In this document: one piece after another, positions 10,077-23,079 of the stretch | Position numbering within the stretch: position 1 is the stretch's first letter | How the letters are laid out: the number at the start of each line of letters is the position of its first letter | Assembly (NCBI RefSeq): GCF_000281045.1 | Contig: NW_008246068.1 | Span: 1,147,319 to 1,199,242, forward strand | Length of the DNA: 51,924 bases | Source of the DNA: Saprolegnia diclina VS20 | Lineage: Eukaryota | Direction: 5' to 3' | The notes under the pieces: generated by a model | What the model was told of the DNA's origin: nothing | Databases searched by the model: none | Seen by the model: the letters and a program-made list of their open reading frames with translations, nothing else | Made by a program: the position numbers and the translations under genes

Positions 10077-13000
10077 ATGGCCGACGACGCGTGCAGCAGC
10101 CTCCGCGAGGTGCTCGGGGTCGTGCTGCGGTCGGTGTTGCCAAACAAGACGCTCGACGACGACGAGAGCGTGCGCGTCTCCATCCATAGCCCATCTGCAT
10201 GACCTGTATGTGTAGGTGGAGGAAGCCCTCGGCCGGCTGCGTCGGGCGCTCCAGGCGCTACCGCAAGCCGACGCGTCGGTGTTTTGGCACCTCGCGCACG
10301 TGGCGCAGCTCAAAGAGATGCTGCACGAGCACGTGGCCGAGGCCATCGAGACGTATGTCGACGACGCCATGGCCAAAGACCCCGACTGGATGCTCGTGAC
10401 GCCGAATGCGTCGCCACTCGATGCGGTCGTCGATGCCATGATTCTCTCCAAAGGGCCCAATGTGCACCAGCTACAGACGCGGCTGCACGACGCCGTCGCG
10501 AGCCAAGTTGCCGCGATCATGGACGAGTTGCGCGACCGCGGGCCACTGCATGACCATTTCGCAGCAAGCGCCAGCGCCTTAGACGCGCGGGTGCAGGCCG
10601 TGCCATCCATTCACGGAGCCAACGACAATGTCTTGCGCCTCGATAGCGTCTCCAACGACGATGCTGACGACGGCGATAGCAACGTGCTCTGGACGTGCGA
10701 GCTTGATCGTATATACCTGAGTGCATACCTCACGCTGGTCGTAGCGACGGCTTTGACGACGAAGACGACAGCCATGCACCACAGCTCACAGCCGGCGACC
10801 TTTACGTGCTACTGGACCGCATGGCGCTGCCGTCGTCCAAGGCGCGGCTTGATGCGTTTGCACAGCTCGTGGCGGTACAGCGTCGCGATCAACATTGGAA
10901 CACGCCAACGACGTGTAGGTCCCTGTCGACGCGCTCCTCGAGCTCGGGGACGCAAGTGTGGACGCCGTGACGCGCCGCCTCGTGTCCTTTTGTCTCGACA
11001 AAGATGACGTGACTTCGATCCGTACGATCACGCTCCTCCACGCACTCTTCCAGGGCACCCAGCGCGACAGTGCCGCGCAGTGCCGGCTCTACGCCGTGCT
11101 GGTCGAGACTCTGCTGCACAGCACCCCTCGCCCAGCTTTGTTTCTGCGCAAACCATCGATCTCGTCGCCGACACCGTCGCAGTCGCCCCAGCGCGGCCTG
11201 CTTCGGATGCTGCGCTATGTCCACCACCTACTGCAGGTGCTGCCCAACGAATGGGTTTATGCACCGCCCGACGTCCGCGCCCGCGCGCTCCTTATGACGG
11301 CCCAGCTGCTCGGGCCATGGGATATACCCGGGTCGAGTTCGTTGACCGAGCAGCAGAGTCTCTCGGGGTCGACCGCCGACTATATCCCGATGGCCTCCAT
11401 CTTAGCGTGCATCGACATGCAAGCAACCTGGTTCACGTAGGCGACACGCGCGATTGTGAGTCGGTTCTATAGCAATGCTAGGCGGTGGCACCTGACGTGT
11501 CCGTGGAAAGGCCAATGGCTGCATTTGCTCCACGAATGCCATGTCATCATCCACCTAGTCGAGCGGCTCGTGCACGGCCACACGGCCGTCGAGCTCTGGC
11601 GCAAGTTTTCACGGCACACCATGTCGCCGGCAGGCGTGACGTATCGCCGCCGTAGTCTCTCGCGCGCGACGTTGGTGCCGTCGTCGTCGCGGGTCGCGCT
11701 GCCGTCGCACGTTGCGCTGGACAGTCCGTCGCCGCTACCGCAGTGGTATACGATTCTCATGCAGAAGACCATGGTCCAGGTAGCTCTTGGTGGTTGCCAC
11801 CCGATGATTTTGAGCTCTCTATCTCTCAGGGGGTGCACATGCTTCTCGAGTTGCTTCCATTGTCATCCGTGCAAGCAGCGTTCCCACTGCGCATCGAAAA
11901 GACCGAGCATCGCGGCGGCAGCACACCGCTGCCTATGAGGTTATCGCCAGACCCTGCGACCAACCAACTGCTCTTCACGACGTGTTCGCCCGCACGCCCG
12001 AGCTCGGTATGCACCGATCTGTCCCTTCTCTCCGCTTCACTTTGTATAGAGCAAGACAGACAATGTTGAGTATGATGCGGTGTGCCTTCACCTAACCCTG
12101 GTTGGTCCAGGAACACCGCAAACACGACGCGACAGCTGCGTGTAGGTGTGTGTCGCGCAACTGTGGCGGTCGGACGCGGGTTGCGCGGCCGTTGGCGCGT
12201 CCCCGCTCGATACGATGCACGAAGCGCTGATTCCCAAGCTCCTGCACCTTGTCCGCCGTCAGCACGCGGCCCCTTTCTACGACCTACTGCTCCATGTAGA
12301 TGCGTCGACTGTGCGAGTGTGAGGGTGACGGCGTCGGCGTAGGTGCTCGTGCACATCCGACGCCTCGAGCACGAGCGCCCGGTTGACATAGGTAGCATCG
12401 CGTTTCCGTATGCAGCGCTGGCCACCGAGGACGCCAAGGCGCTGGTGCTCACGTACACGAAACACGTGGTCGTACACCGCGACCACCCGCGCATCAAGAC
12501 CCTCGTGCAGCAGCTCGTGAGCAGCGCTATCGACGGTCTCGTGTCGCTGCCGCCGACGTCGGACACTGCCCAGCACATCGTGGCTCTCTTGGCTGATCCG
12601 ACACCGGTGTTGGGCGAGGTGCACGCGCAAATCGCTGCTGCCTGTCGCCACTCGCTTCTCTGGCTCGAGTGTTTTGCAGATTGCACAGATTGGCTCGCCA
12701 TCTTGCGCGACGCGTGCCCAACGTTGTCGACACGGGTGCGCGACTGCATCCTGCGCGATCTCACGGCGACCGCTCGCGGGCTCATGCTCGGCTACCCCTT
12801 GCTGCTAGCGTTTCCACTGGACCTCGCGCCGCTGTGGGCGACCCGAGACATGGAGTCGCTCATGCAGATGATGTCGATACCAACGATGGCAGCTGCCTTC
12901 TTACACAAGAGCCCGACGCTATCGGCGACGTTCGAGCACCGCGTCGACGCGCTCGTCTCGCACGTCGATGGCTTTGAAGCATTGGTCGACGGCGGTGTCG

Positions 13001-14369
13001 ACGCGCCCATTGAGCTCCGGGACACTGTGGTCGACCTCGTCAACCTCGCGCTCCTCTTTCGAACGCCGTATGCGGCGACCGACCTCGGCCGCTCGCCGTG
13101 GTGGCGTTGCTGGACCGTTGAAGCAAGAGCGGGGGACACCTCGCATGTCGCGCAGCTGTTGCTGGTCGACGCGCTCGTACACTCGTCGCCGGCGGGTGCG
13201 CATGCGGTGGCCATGCACGGAGCCGCGGCGCTCTGGCGCTGCGGCTGCCCCGACGACGTGCCTTGTGCCATCGACCCGATCTCGTGGCACCAGCACCGCA
13301 TCCAGCAGCGCCTCGAGTGTATCACATCGAGTCGTATGGCACCCGACGTGTTGGCCCCGATTTGCGCGCAAGTGAATCCCGCGCGGCCGCCAACGCCGGG
13401 CTCGCTCCGGCCGCTCGAAGCGCAGTTTTTGCACTTGCAGTACGCCATGCGCAATGCGAGTAACCACTTGGACTTCAAGGCGATCGGAGGTCTCTACTGG
13501 CACCTTGTCGACGACATGGGCAGCGTGCTCGATGACGCGCCGCTCACTGCGTGGCTCGGCGATGTCCTCTTGGAGCTTGTCATTGGCGCCAAGAGCAAGC
13601 TTGCGCTGCCGTACCCTGGAGGTGCGCCGATGCCGTCGATCGAACCCGCGTCCGAGGCATGGCTGCCACGCATCAACCGTTGGCTCAAGCACCGCTCGCA
13701 GTCGATTGGGCTCGATCCGCTACCGTGCACGTCGTTATTGCCGCCAACGCTCTCGGCCTTGGGGCGCGAAGCGTGCGACCCGTTTGTATGGAGCCTCCTC
13801 GTGATGCTCTCGCCGCGCCACAGTGTCGACGAGGTGCTATCGTGCTTGGTGGCGCTCCGGGGCGCGGGCCCGTCGCTCTTCCTCTGGCCTGCGCGCGCGA
13901 TAGCCGACGCCACGTTTGCGGGCTGCCACGTTCCACTCTTCCACGTCGCGTCCATTGTCGAAGGCCTCGCGGCCACCGAGTGCCCTGCCGTACACAGCTC
14001 TACGTCTTGTATCAAGTTGATAGTTGAGGACTGTGGTAGGTGATGACGACGCTCGCGCGACTGCACTTGCCGCTTACGACATTGCTCTTGCGCTGGCAGC
14101 TCCATGGGCTCTGGTCCGTCCTCCCGTGGCGCCACGTCATGGTCTTCATCAACTTTGTCGGTGTCTACGGCATGGACTACATACCGCTCTTGACCCTCGT
14201 GCTCTTGCGCGAGCTCCAGCCGTCGTTGATGACGGCTTCAACCGCCGCCCACGTCCTCGACGCGGCGATTCCAGGCTTTGCATGGGGCGCCCATCGCGCG
14301 TGGATCGAGCGCCTCCACAGTGTGTACCATGACGTCATCAAGACCGGCATGCGCCGCCTGTACCTATGA
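10077..14369 (+). CDS. TBC1D32: TBC1D32 / broad-minded (BROMI)-like ciliary protein, multi-exon
   Basis: Frame-consistent introns at 10170-10215, 10695-10744 and 10875-10918, plus further ones downstream. The C-terminus (VEGLAATECPAVHS...LRWQLHGLWSVLPWRHVMVFINFVGVYGMDY...AIPGFAWGAHRAWIERLHSVY...MRRL) parallels the BROMI C-terminal domain as I recall it. The N-terminal helices are also compatible. Confidence 0.72.
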
Positions 14370-14834
14370 TCAAGGAAGACAACCATTCTTGGATTATCGT
14401 GTCAAGGGCCACCGCGTCGTCTTCGTCATGTAATGTACTACTAGTAGAGCACACGAGCTGGTCCATGCAGCGTTTCTACCAACATGCAACGAAGGAACGT
14501 CGGCTTGCAGAGAGGCGCGTGGGCAGGCGGGCAGGAGGCTCAAACCCTTGGTTCACACCGCCCTGTGCAATGGCGGTGGGTGCGCGAGACGACTCGGTGG
14601 ATCGTGGTGGTTGACGGCAACGTCCATCTTGGCCCGGAGCCGTGGATGGCTTGGGTCACATGTTGAAGCTCGTGCAGAGGCTGGCGCGGGTGAAGGGCAC
14701 GCAACGACGCGTGACGGCGAGCGCGCCATCCAAACGCTCGGGCGCAGACAGAGACAAGGTGGGTTCCAATGCAAAGACTCACTTTTTTATTCGGGTTCAG
14801 CACGATGGTCCTCGACCGCCGCATGCTCTGTCGC

Positions 14835-15793
14835 TTACAAAGGCGAGAGCATCTTCTTGATCTTACCAATGGCCTTGGCCGGGTTCAGGTGCTTGGGGCA
14901 CGTCTTGGTGCAGTTCATGATCGTGTGGCAACGGTACAGCTTGTACGTATCGTCCAACGCGGCGAGACGCTCCTGCGTCTTGGTGTCGCGCGAGTCTTCA
15001 ATCCAGCGGAACGCTTGCATGAGGACTACGAAAAACCGAGAGATGAGCACACGTCCACAAGCGACGGTAATCGTACCGGCAGGGCCGAGGTACTTGTCGG
15101 GGTTCCACCAGTAGCTCGGGCACGACGTGCTGCAGCACGCGCAGAGAATGCACTCGTACATGCCATCGAGCTTCTTGCGGTCTTCCTTGGATTGCAAGTA
15201 CTCCGTGTTGTCGTCCTTGACGATGTCCGACTGCAGCCACGGCTTGATCGATTTGTATTGTTCGTAGAAGTTGTTCATGTCGGGCACCAAGTCGCGGATG
15301 ACATACATATGCGGGAGCGGGTAAATCTTGGTCGTGTCCGTCTTCTTGTCGATGGGCGACAAGCAGGCGAGCGTGTTGCCACCATCAATGTTCATGGCGC
15401 ACGAGCCGCAGATACCTTCACGGCACGAGCTAGAGGCAGCAGGTGCATGAGCCTCGCCATCCTCCGCATCATCATGGCGGCTACCGGCGGAAGGTCAAGG
15501 TCGGGTCCTGCTCGTTCTTGATCTTGATGAGCGCGTCCAACACCATGGGGCCACAGTCGTTGAGGTCGACCGGGTACGTGCACAAGTACGGCTTCTCCTT
15601 GGTCTCGGGGTCCCAGCGGTAGATCTTGAAGTACTTGACGTTCTACATGTCCATGGCCTCGTCATGCAACCGCCCATGCATCTACGATGTCTACCTTGGT
15701 CGCCGGCGCCTGGAGCTTGAGGTCAGCAGCCGCGGCCGCGAAGGAGCGCGCGCCGATGGCGGACGAGCGGGCCAGGAGACGAGTTTGCATCAT
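14835..15793 (-). CDS. SDH2: Succinate dehydrogenase iron-sulfur subunit, mitochondrial
   Basis: Presequence [19 protein letters not shown]...[73 protein letters not shown]. Three introns, including 15026-15076. Confidence 0.98.
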
Positions 15794-16714
15794 GGTGCTG
15801 GACTATTGGAAGACTGACCCCACATCCGAGCGTTCGTGGTGGGGGCCGACCGTCAAAAGGCGTCGAAAGTCCCGTTTAGGTGCGGGAAACACCCAGTAAA
15901 GTTCGATTTTGTCCGATTACGTGCGAATTCGAACTTTACCGCGCTTGCAGTTCCGTTGACGATAACTTCGTTAGCATTCATCGGGGGAAGGATGGGCCAC
16001 GGCCGCGGGCCCGGCCCTGCGACATCATCCCACCGGCCGGTCTTCGACGACCTTCGCCCATGCGCGCTGCCATGCCATGCGAGATGGAGCGAGTCGAGTG
16101 GCGCCTAGGCACTGCAAGGTGGGCGGGAGGAGCTTGCAGTGCATGCCCGCGCCCTTGAAGGCAAGTTCAAGCCGTGGTGTCGAGATGGCAGGCGACATGT
16201 GGCGCATCATTGATGATGCACCCGAGATGGCCTCGGCCAATTGTAACCACAACGAAGGCGACATGCAATGTATCTAGGCGATGATTGCTACAAGCCTGTG
16301 GAGCGAGGCGGATGCAGCATGCGCTCCGTCATGGGCATGGCACGCCTCGTACGGTCGCATGGCCTTCCACCGCCGGAACAGCCTTTGTGCTGGGCCCGAG
16401 CCAGGAACAACCGAGGAGCGAGGACGCTAGGCGCAAGGCATCAGGCGCTTCGTACGCGGTCTCCTTGCGAACGACGTCGAATTCACCCAAGTCGGCGGCA
16501 AGGATACCGCGCTGCATAGAAGCGTGTGCGTTGTGGCCAGCGCGGCGCCGCGCGTCGGAGCCCGTGCCTGGGGACAACCGACAGCACCCGCCACGTCGAT
16601 CGAGTCATGTACGCTAGAGAGCTCCCAGCTTGGAAGGATCTCGAGATGACACGTCGCGTGGTGGTGGGCCAAGATGGAGGACTATGGTAGAAATCGGCGG
16701 TTTCATCGCCGAGT

Positions 16715-19700
16715 ATGGCGGGCCGGGTCCGTATCCGCGTCCAGCGGGCGAGGAACTTGTACGATGCGCAAATCTTTGGCAAGCAGGACGCGCGCGTCGC
16801 GCTGACGCTAGGGCCTACGACGCTAATGACGCAGGTGCACGTGGCCGGTGGCACCAACCCGACGTGGGACGAGGTGCTCGAGCTGGACGATGTCGCGGAC
16901 GAGCTGAGTGTTCTCGTCGAACGCCCAAAAGCGCCCAAGAACGATCTGCTGGGCAGCTGCACGCTCAGCGTCGCCGAGTGGCGCGCGGACGCGGCCACAG
17001 GCAAGAACCCGATCGAGAAGGCGTACCCGCTCAATTACGGAGCCAAGCGCCGGGGCGAGCTCTTTCTCTCGGTGGAAGTGCTGCCGCCCCAGGTTGTCGA
17101 GACGCCTGTGGTCGAGAATGACGAGCCGCTAGCAGCCAAAGTACCGGCTGTCACAGACACCTCGCCAGCTCCTGTCGACGTTCTACTCGATGCAGCAGCG
17201 GGAATTAAAGAAGTCGTACTACCTGCTGCTGCCGACGTCCCGGCTGTCGAGGCGTCGTCTGCGGTTGTCGAGGTCCCGAACGCCGTGGCACCCCCGGTGG
17301 TGGAATCGCCCTCTGTGGTTGCTGAGGCTCCGTCAGTGGCTGCTGAGGCGCCATCAGAGGCTGTAGAGGAGCCTGTGCTTGCAGCGTCGGCAAGTGGCAC
17401 GGAGCCACCACCTGTGGAGCCTGTCATTGCATCAAGAGAGCCCATGCCTGCGGCTGCACCCATCGAGCCCGCGCCGGCAACGTCTTCCGTGCCAACTGCT
17501 CATGCAGCGTCAGAGAACCCGGATATCGCGCCGCCAGAGCACTCGGGGGAAGAAGACACGACGACAAGCGTACATTCTGTTCAAAAGGGTCCTTCAACCG
17601 AAGGTGCGCTTGCTGCACCGTTGGAAGCAGCGCTGACAATGCCCTCGGAAGCAAGTGTTCCAGAGCTCAAGTCCGAGATTGCGAGCAGTACGACGTCATC
17701 TGCCAGCCAAACACGTATTGAGCTCGCGACAACTAGCTCCATACCAGCCGCCTCACCGGGCACGGACCCTGCTCGAGTCGACATCAAGGCTCCACCCCAA
17801 CCGCCGCTACCCGAAGCAAGCATGATCGTGCCAGTGGTCGAGCTCGGCAAGGCTGTCAACCCAGCACGCGACCTTGAAGCTGCGTCAAAACCTGCACCGC
17901 CCACCTATGAGCCCGCGGATTGCAAAGAAGGCTCAAAGCAACCAGAGTCCACTAAGGACACGGTCCCACCTCTGTCGCTCGCAACTTACGTGGCAGAGAT
18001 CGCGAAGGCCCCTCCAGACCCCAATCTAAAAAGTAAGGACCCCGAACCAGAATGCAAGGTCGCCTCCGCACCAGTGCGTACGGACGCTACAGATGTGGGG
18101 GGACGCGAAGCCAATTGTCCAAATACCACTGCGGCGCTGATGGTCGCGCCGATGGTTGCATCGTCGCCCAGCGCATCGATACTGCAGCCAAAACCCAGCA
18201 CGCCACAGATGCCAGACGCACAAAGGACCCTGCTCGAAGTTCCAGCCGTCGCATCAAATATACCCCAGGAGGATCTCCAGAAGAAGCCAACGCACGCACA
18301 GCTGCCAGTCGTAGAAACTGCGCCACAGGAGCTTGTCCCCCTGCTCGTCGATTGTGCTCCTGCGACCGCGGTCCCTTCCAATGACCTTGGTTCTATAGCA
18401 CGCCCGTCTACCGCTTTGGCCGCCGAGTTGGCTTCGCGACCATCATCACAAATGATCAATCCTGGTCCCGCACATCAACCCGAGGAGAAAACGACGGAAG
18501 TCTCGCAGCCGACGGAAGTCGCATCAACACCATCCAAAGCGTCTGCTACTGGCCCACAGCAAATCGACAAAAGTACATCAGTCTCGTCTGAGCTGCAAGG
18601 ACAGCAAGCACCCGACCCCGCTCCTGCCGACCACTCACCAACACCGACCCCAGAGCCCACGCATTCCTTGGTGCGACCAGTATCGGAGCCCAGGCTGGCG
18701 ACACCAACGACTGTGGCAGCCACTGAAGCAGCCCCTCCGCCACCAACGCCATCAACGCAGGTGGCTGCCACGGTGTCCTCGCTGCACTCCGAGAGCGCTA
18801 CGCCACAACCGTCTCTGAGTTTCACCGCGTCCGAGTCACCAGCCATGACAAGCGCGCTTATTCGGAACGCCAGAGCACCAACAACACGCCCTCCAGCCAT
18901 CCCTCTCGGAAATACTGCCGAGCACAAGCCAGCAACGTCTGCTACCAGCGCTGGCGATGATCCGGAGGCGGCGGACGAGGTTGACGCGGAGCCGTTGCCG
19001 TCGTTTCGCCACTCGCTCGTCTCGTCGCCGCCCAAGGCCGCGCTAGCGACGACAGCGAAAGTAGCGCCAAGGCCCGCGATGCTCGGAGGGCTCGCGGTCG
19101 CCCCCTTGCCCACTGTGCACTCGGAGTGGAAGAACATGTTCGAGTTGCGTTGCGACGACCCGCCGCCCATAATGTACACCCACCTCAATCTAATCGCACG
19201 CCATCATTCTATTTTTAGATCACCTCAGGCGCCGCCGCAGCCCAAGCCGCCACGTATACGCGTCCAGAAGAAGCACACAGAAGGCCACGTCGGACGCATG
19301 CGCAAGAACCATGAGATTGCCGAGGTCGAGCGAGCGCGCTGCGCACCAGAGCCGGCAACGGTACCCCCCGCCACATCGGCGCCGACGACGACCAGTGCTG
19401 AATTGCCTGCCAAGCCAGCACCTGCAAAAACCAACCGCCAGCAATCCGCACCTGCGCGCACGAAGCCACCAAGCACAAAGGCGAGTGTAAGGCCGCTTAT
19501 CGCAACCAAGCGTCCGACGTCGGCCACGTCATCGCGCTTGGCGAAAGCCATGGCGCCACCCGTGTTGCCCCGCCCGCCGCCAAAGAAGGAGCTGCTCCGC
19601 TCCGCTCTTATCGTGGCACTTCAAAACATGACTGACAGCATGTACGGGGCGCTACACGGTGGTACGCAGCAGGAGACGGAGCCGCTACCGCGGCGGACTA

Positions 19701-21972
19701 GCATGTGGCTTCGTGAGACGGAGCTCCAAAGCGTTGTGCATGCGTTCCTCGGGTCGTCGTCGCGGCCAGAGACGTCGCTCCCCGAATTGCCGCCGGTGCT
19801 TGAGTCGCCGGAAGAGCTGCTGGCGACGAAAGCCCATCACTGCCACTTGTGCGTCACCGAGGTGGCTGCGCACTGGTGCTGTGACTGCACGACGGCCCTC
19901 TGCTCGACGTGCCTGAGTGATGTTGGGTGTCAAGCCGAACGGCATCAAGTCGAGCGCTTCGTTGTCGACCAGCAGTCGGCGATCGTTCTCGGATCTATAT
20001 CAACGCCAGCATTACCCGCATCGCTTCCCGTGACCAAACCCGCCGAGCTTCGTCTGCACGAGGTTTTTGAAAATGGACAAGTTGTCTGATGTCTCATGCA
20101 CTTCCTTGTAGAAAGCATTCCTCTGTGTTCCGCTGCAGCTTACGCCCGAGCTCTCTGCTGTCGTCGCCACGACCAAACTGCAGCACGAGCCGCCCAAGAG
20201 CCTGAAACAATTCTGCCTCGTCCTGCGCAAGGTAGAGCGACGCACACGGCGTTCTCTATACAGCTGCATGCTACGTAGCAACTCGAGCTGTCGCCGACCT
20301 CCAAAACGGTTGCTGCCTTCCTTGGTAACGCGAGTGCTTGGCACTTGAAGCGGTGACGCACCTACACAATGTAGATCGGTCCCGAGTGAGCTCGTGGAGC
20401 TGTGACGAGCTGCGCTGTTTCTTGGACGTCGTGCACGTTCCGTCTTCGGGTTTGCACAAACTCAAAGTCGACGGTCCGGCCTTCCTCAAGCTCACGCCGG
20501 TAGGCCTTGTGCTTGAACCCATCTTAATGTACGAGTGCTTGCACGTAGGCTGCACTGCATGACACATTTGGGCTACGGGGCAGCTTTCCCTTGCAGCGGT
20601 GTCTCTTCTACCGCGCCTTATTGGTGGAAATGGAGTGCTACCGAGACAAATACGGACTCCCGTCCAACCTCACGCGTCTACCCGCGTCCGCAAAAGCGCC
20701 GATCAAAAAGAAACAAGCGAAGAAGGCGTCGGGACCCAGGTTCGTTCCGGCGCCCGCGCCCGTCGTGGCAGCGACCAAGCCCACGCATGCTCCAAAAGCT
20801 GCAGTCACGACAGCCGTCCAGAAAGCACCGGCACCGACGACCAAGACAGCCCCGAGGAAAATTCCACCGAAGAGCAAGGCGGTCGACCCCGACGACGACG
20901 CAGCGTTCGTTGCCAGCATCCATGACGGTGTTCAGGACCTCTTGACTGCCGGGTTCGAACCCACGACCACGACACCTGTTGTATCGGCGCCGACGTGTAC
21001 ATCGGTGCCGCTGCCGTCGATAACACAGCTCCAAGCCGAGGTGGCGCAGCTACTGCAGCGCTTCGAAGCCCTCCAGACGCTCGAGATGCCACCAGGTACA
21101 GCGGAACCATACACCGTTGGCTCATATACACCACTAGAGCTCGAATCGCACATGGTGGAAGCAGACAATCGGCTCCAAGGCCTTTTGAGCATGGTACGCC
21201 CTTGGATCTCAAGCAGTGCTTATGGCAGCGGTAGACGCCGAGTGATCTATGCTCCAACGTCCTGTCGTTGGATGGGATCCGACGACTCTTGAGCGACATC
21301 GAAGTGGGTCTCTCGCGTGCCCGCGTCGCTGCGAGCCCGCCGCGCACGAAGGCGCCGCTGACTATGACGCTCTGGACCTACGAAATGCCGGCGCCGACGG
21401 CCAAGACCCTCACCGGCGTGACGCCAGGTCGAGCGTTTGCTCTCGACTTGTGACACGATACTGAACGGCGCGTAGGGCCTGGCGACTACCACCCGACGGC
21501 CAAGCCGAAAAGCCATCCGCGACGCACCAAGCGGTCTCCGACGCGCGTGCCCATCGACGAGGCCGACGACGACGACGACTTGTCTGCGTTCGTAGCGTCC
21601 GAAACCCAAGGCGTTTCCGGAAACGCTTCCAAAGCCCTATTTGACACGTCCTTTCTACAGCCCGAGGCGCCAAAGGTATCGCGCTGGCAGACGCTGCGCC
21701 AGAAGCAGCCGCCAACGGACGCCGACACGACAGTGCTTGCCACGGCTTCATCCGATTCAAGTGTTATAAAGGTGGCCGAGTTGCCCTCGCCAAAGTACAA
21801 GACGCACGTGGTGTCGCCCAAGAAAACGCCAACCAAGCGTATGGCGCCACCGCCGCGCACCGAGACGCCGGCAACACCCGACGATGTGGCCCAGCAGACG
21901 GCGTGGGCCGCCCGCATCCAGGTGCAGTACGGCTCACGACGACACGACGACGGCCTCGATGCGCAGCGGTAG
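16715..21972 (+). CDS. Large C2-domain protein with long P/A/T/S-rich linker, B-box-like zinc finger and SAM domain
   Basis: C2 domain: VRIRVQRARNLYDAQIFGKQD...GGTNPTWDE...DLLGSCTL. B-box-like: CHLCVTEVAAHWCCDCTTALCSTC. Spliced SAM-like segment: VSSWSCDELRCFLDVV...KVDGPAFLKLTPAALHDTFGL. About six short introns lie after 20060 and the 3' end is uncertain. Confidence 0.75.
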
Positions 21973-22736
21973 CATCGTCCCGAGGGCTGCTTGGTAGCGC
22001 TGGAAGTGGGCGTTGATGAGGCGTCGGTGTGCTGGCGTGTCGAGCGCGCAGAACGTCGTTAGAAGCGTATCGTGGCTAAAATACGCGACTTCAATCATCG
22101 TGCCGACCGCGCACTCGTCGAGGCCGACGGGGTAGTCGAGGATACGAGCAACCTGCGACTCGGTGACCAAGGTCGGTGCGGTGAGTGGTGTCCCGACGCA
22201 GAGGAGCGCGCTGGCCTCGGCGTACAGCGGATGTATCGTGTGGAGCAGCACGAGGTGGTTCGACAAGTCGAACGCGTGCGTGTAGACGCTGCCGGACGAC
22301 GCGAGTTGCACGTTGGGCACGTCGAGGACGCCGCTGGGGCGTACTACGTGCTCGAGGAAGTGGTCTTTCCAAGGCGTGGGCACGCCCGTGAGCACGACGC
22401 AGGGCTTGAGGCCGGCCAAGACAAAGTAGACTTCGCCAAAGAATGCCTACAGCACACATGAGCAAAGTGGCGGAGAGCGTATGGTCGTACCATGGAGGCG
22501 ATCGTATGTCCGTCGGCTTCGAGCGCTTGGCGCACAGATACGGGGAGCTGGGTCCACCACGCGGCCTCGAGGGCCTGCCAGGCAGACGCGACGACCATAT
22601 GGCCGCAGGCAGTCCGGTGGGCAGGCCAGGCCTCTGCTTGGCAGGTGCGGGAGCAGTAGTGCTGGACCTTGCACCGCGCGCAGCGCAGTGTCGGCCCGTC
22701 GGCGTGACACGTGGACCGGCCACACGTGTGGCGCAT
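21934..22736 (-). CDS. MYND zinc-finger protein
   Basis: CGRSTC...RCARCKVQHYCSRTCQAEAWPAHRTAC. Intron 22447-22490 (44 nt) joins AFFGEVYFVLAGLKP...ARILDYP. An alternative in-frame Met lies at 22763. Confidence 0.85.
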
Positions 22737-23048
22737 CTTTGGCCGCAGGTTGAAGTCTTGCATACGGTGTAACAAGCAGTCACTTGTATTTTGAGTTTGA
22801 GTGGCACAGACGCGTCGTGTCTAAATGCACACTATTTTATTCGTTTCTCCAACCCTTCCAGAAACAGGTTTGGATGCTAAAGGGGCGTGGGATTAGCTTC
22901 AAGCACTTCTGTTTCTCAAACCGATTGCAATTGAGAAAACCTTTCGGAATCCACGGTATCCGGACACGCGTGGTGATTTGCGGACGCCATCGCGTCTATT
23001 GGCCGACTTGAAGTTTGTATTGCGGGGCGGATCCTGTCTGCGGTTGCC

Positions 23049-23065
23049 CTCATTTCCGAATTTGC
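23049..23065 (+). promoter_or_regulatory. Oomycete Inr+FPR core promoter element of SND1
   Basis: ctcatttccgaatttgc matches the oomycete initiator consensus (about GCTCATTYYNCAWTTT) and ends 15 nt before the ATG at 23080. Confidence 0.75.
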
Positions 23066-23079
23066 AGTCAAGGTACAAG

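Noticed and set aside
14400..14800. Possible small gene between the TBC1D32 and SDH2 3' ends
   Set aside because: Only short motif-free ORFs, with no convincing splice model.
20948..20968. tRNA T-arm-like sequence gggttcgaacccacgacc
   Set aside because: It lies inside a coding exon (AGFEPTT), the T-stem is mismatched and no cloverleaf forms.
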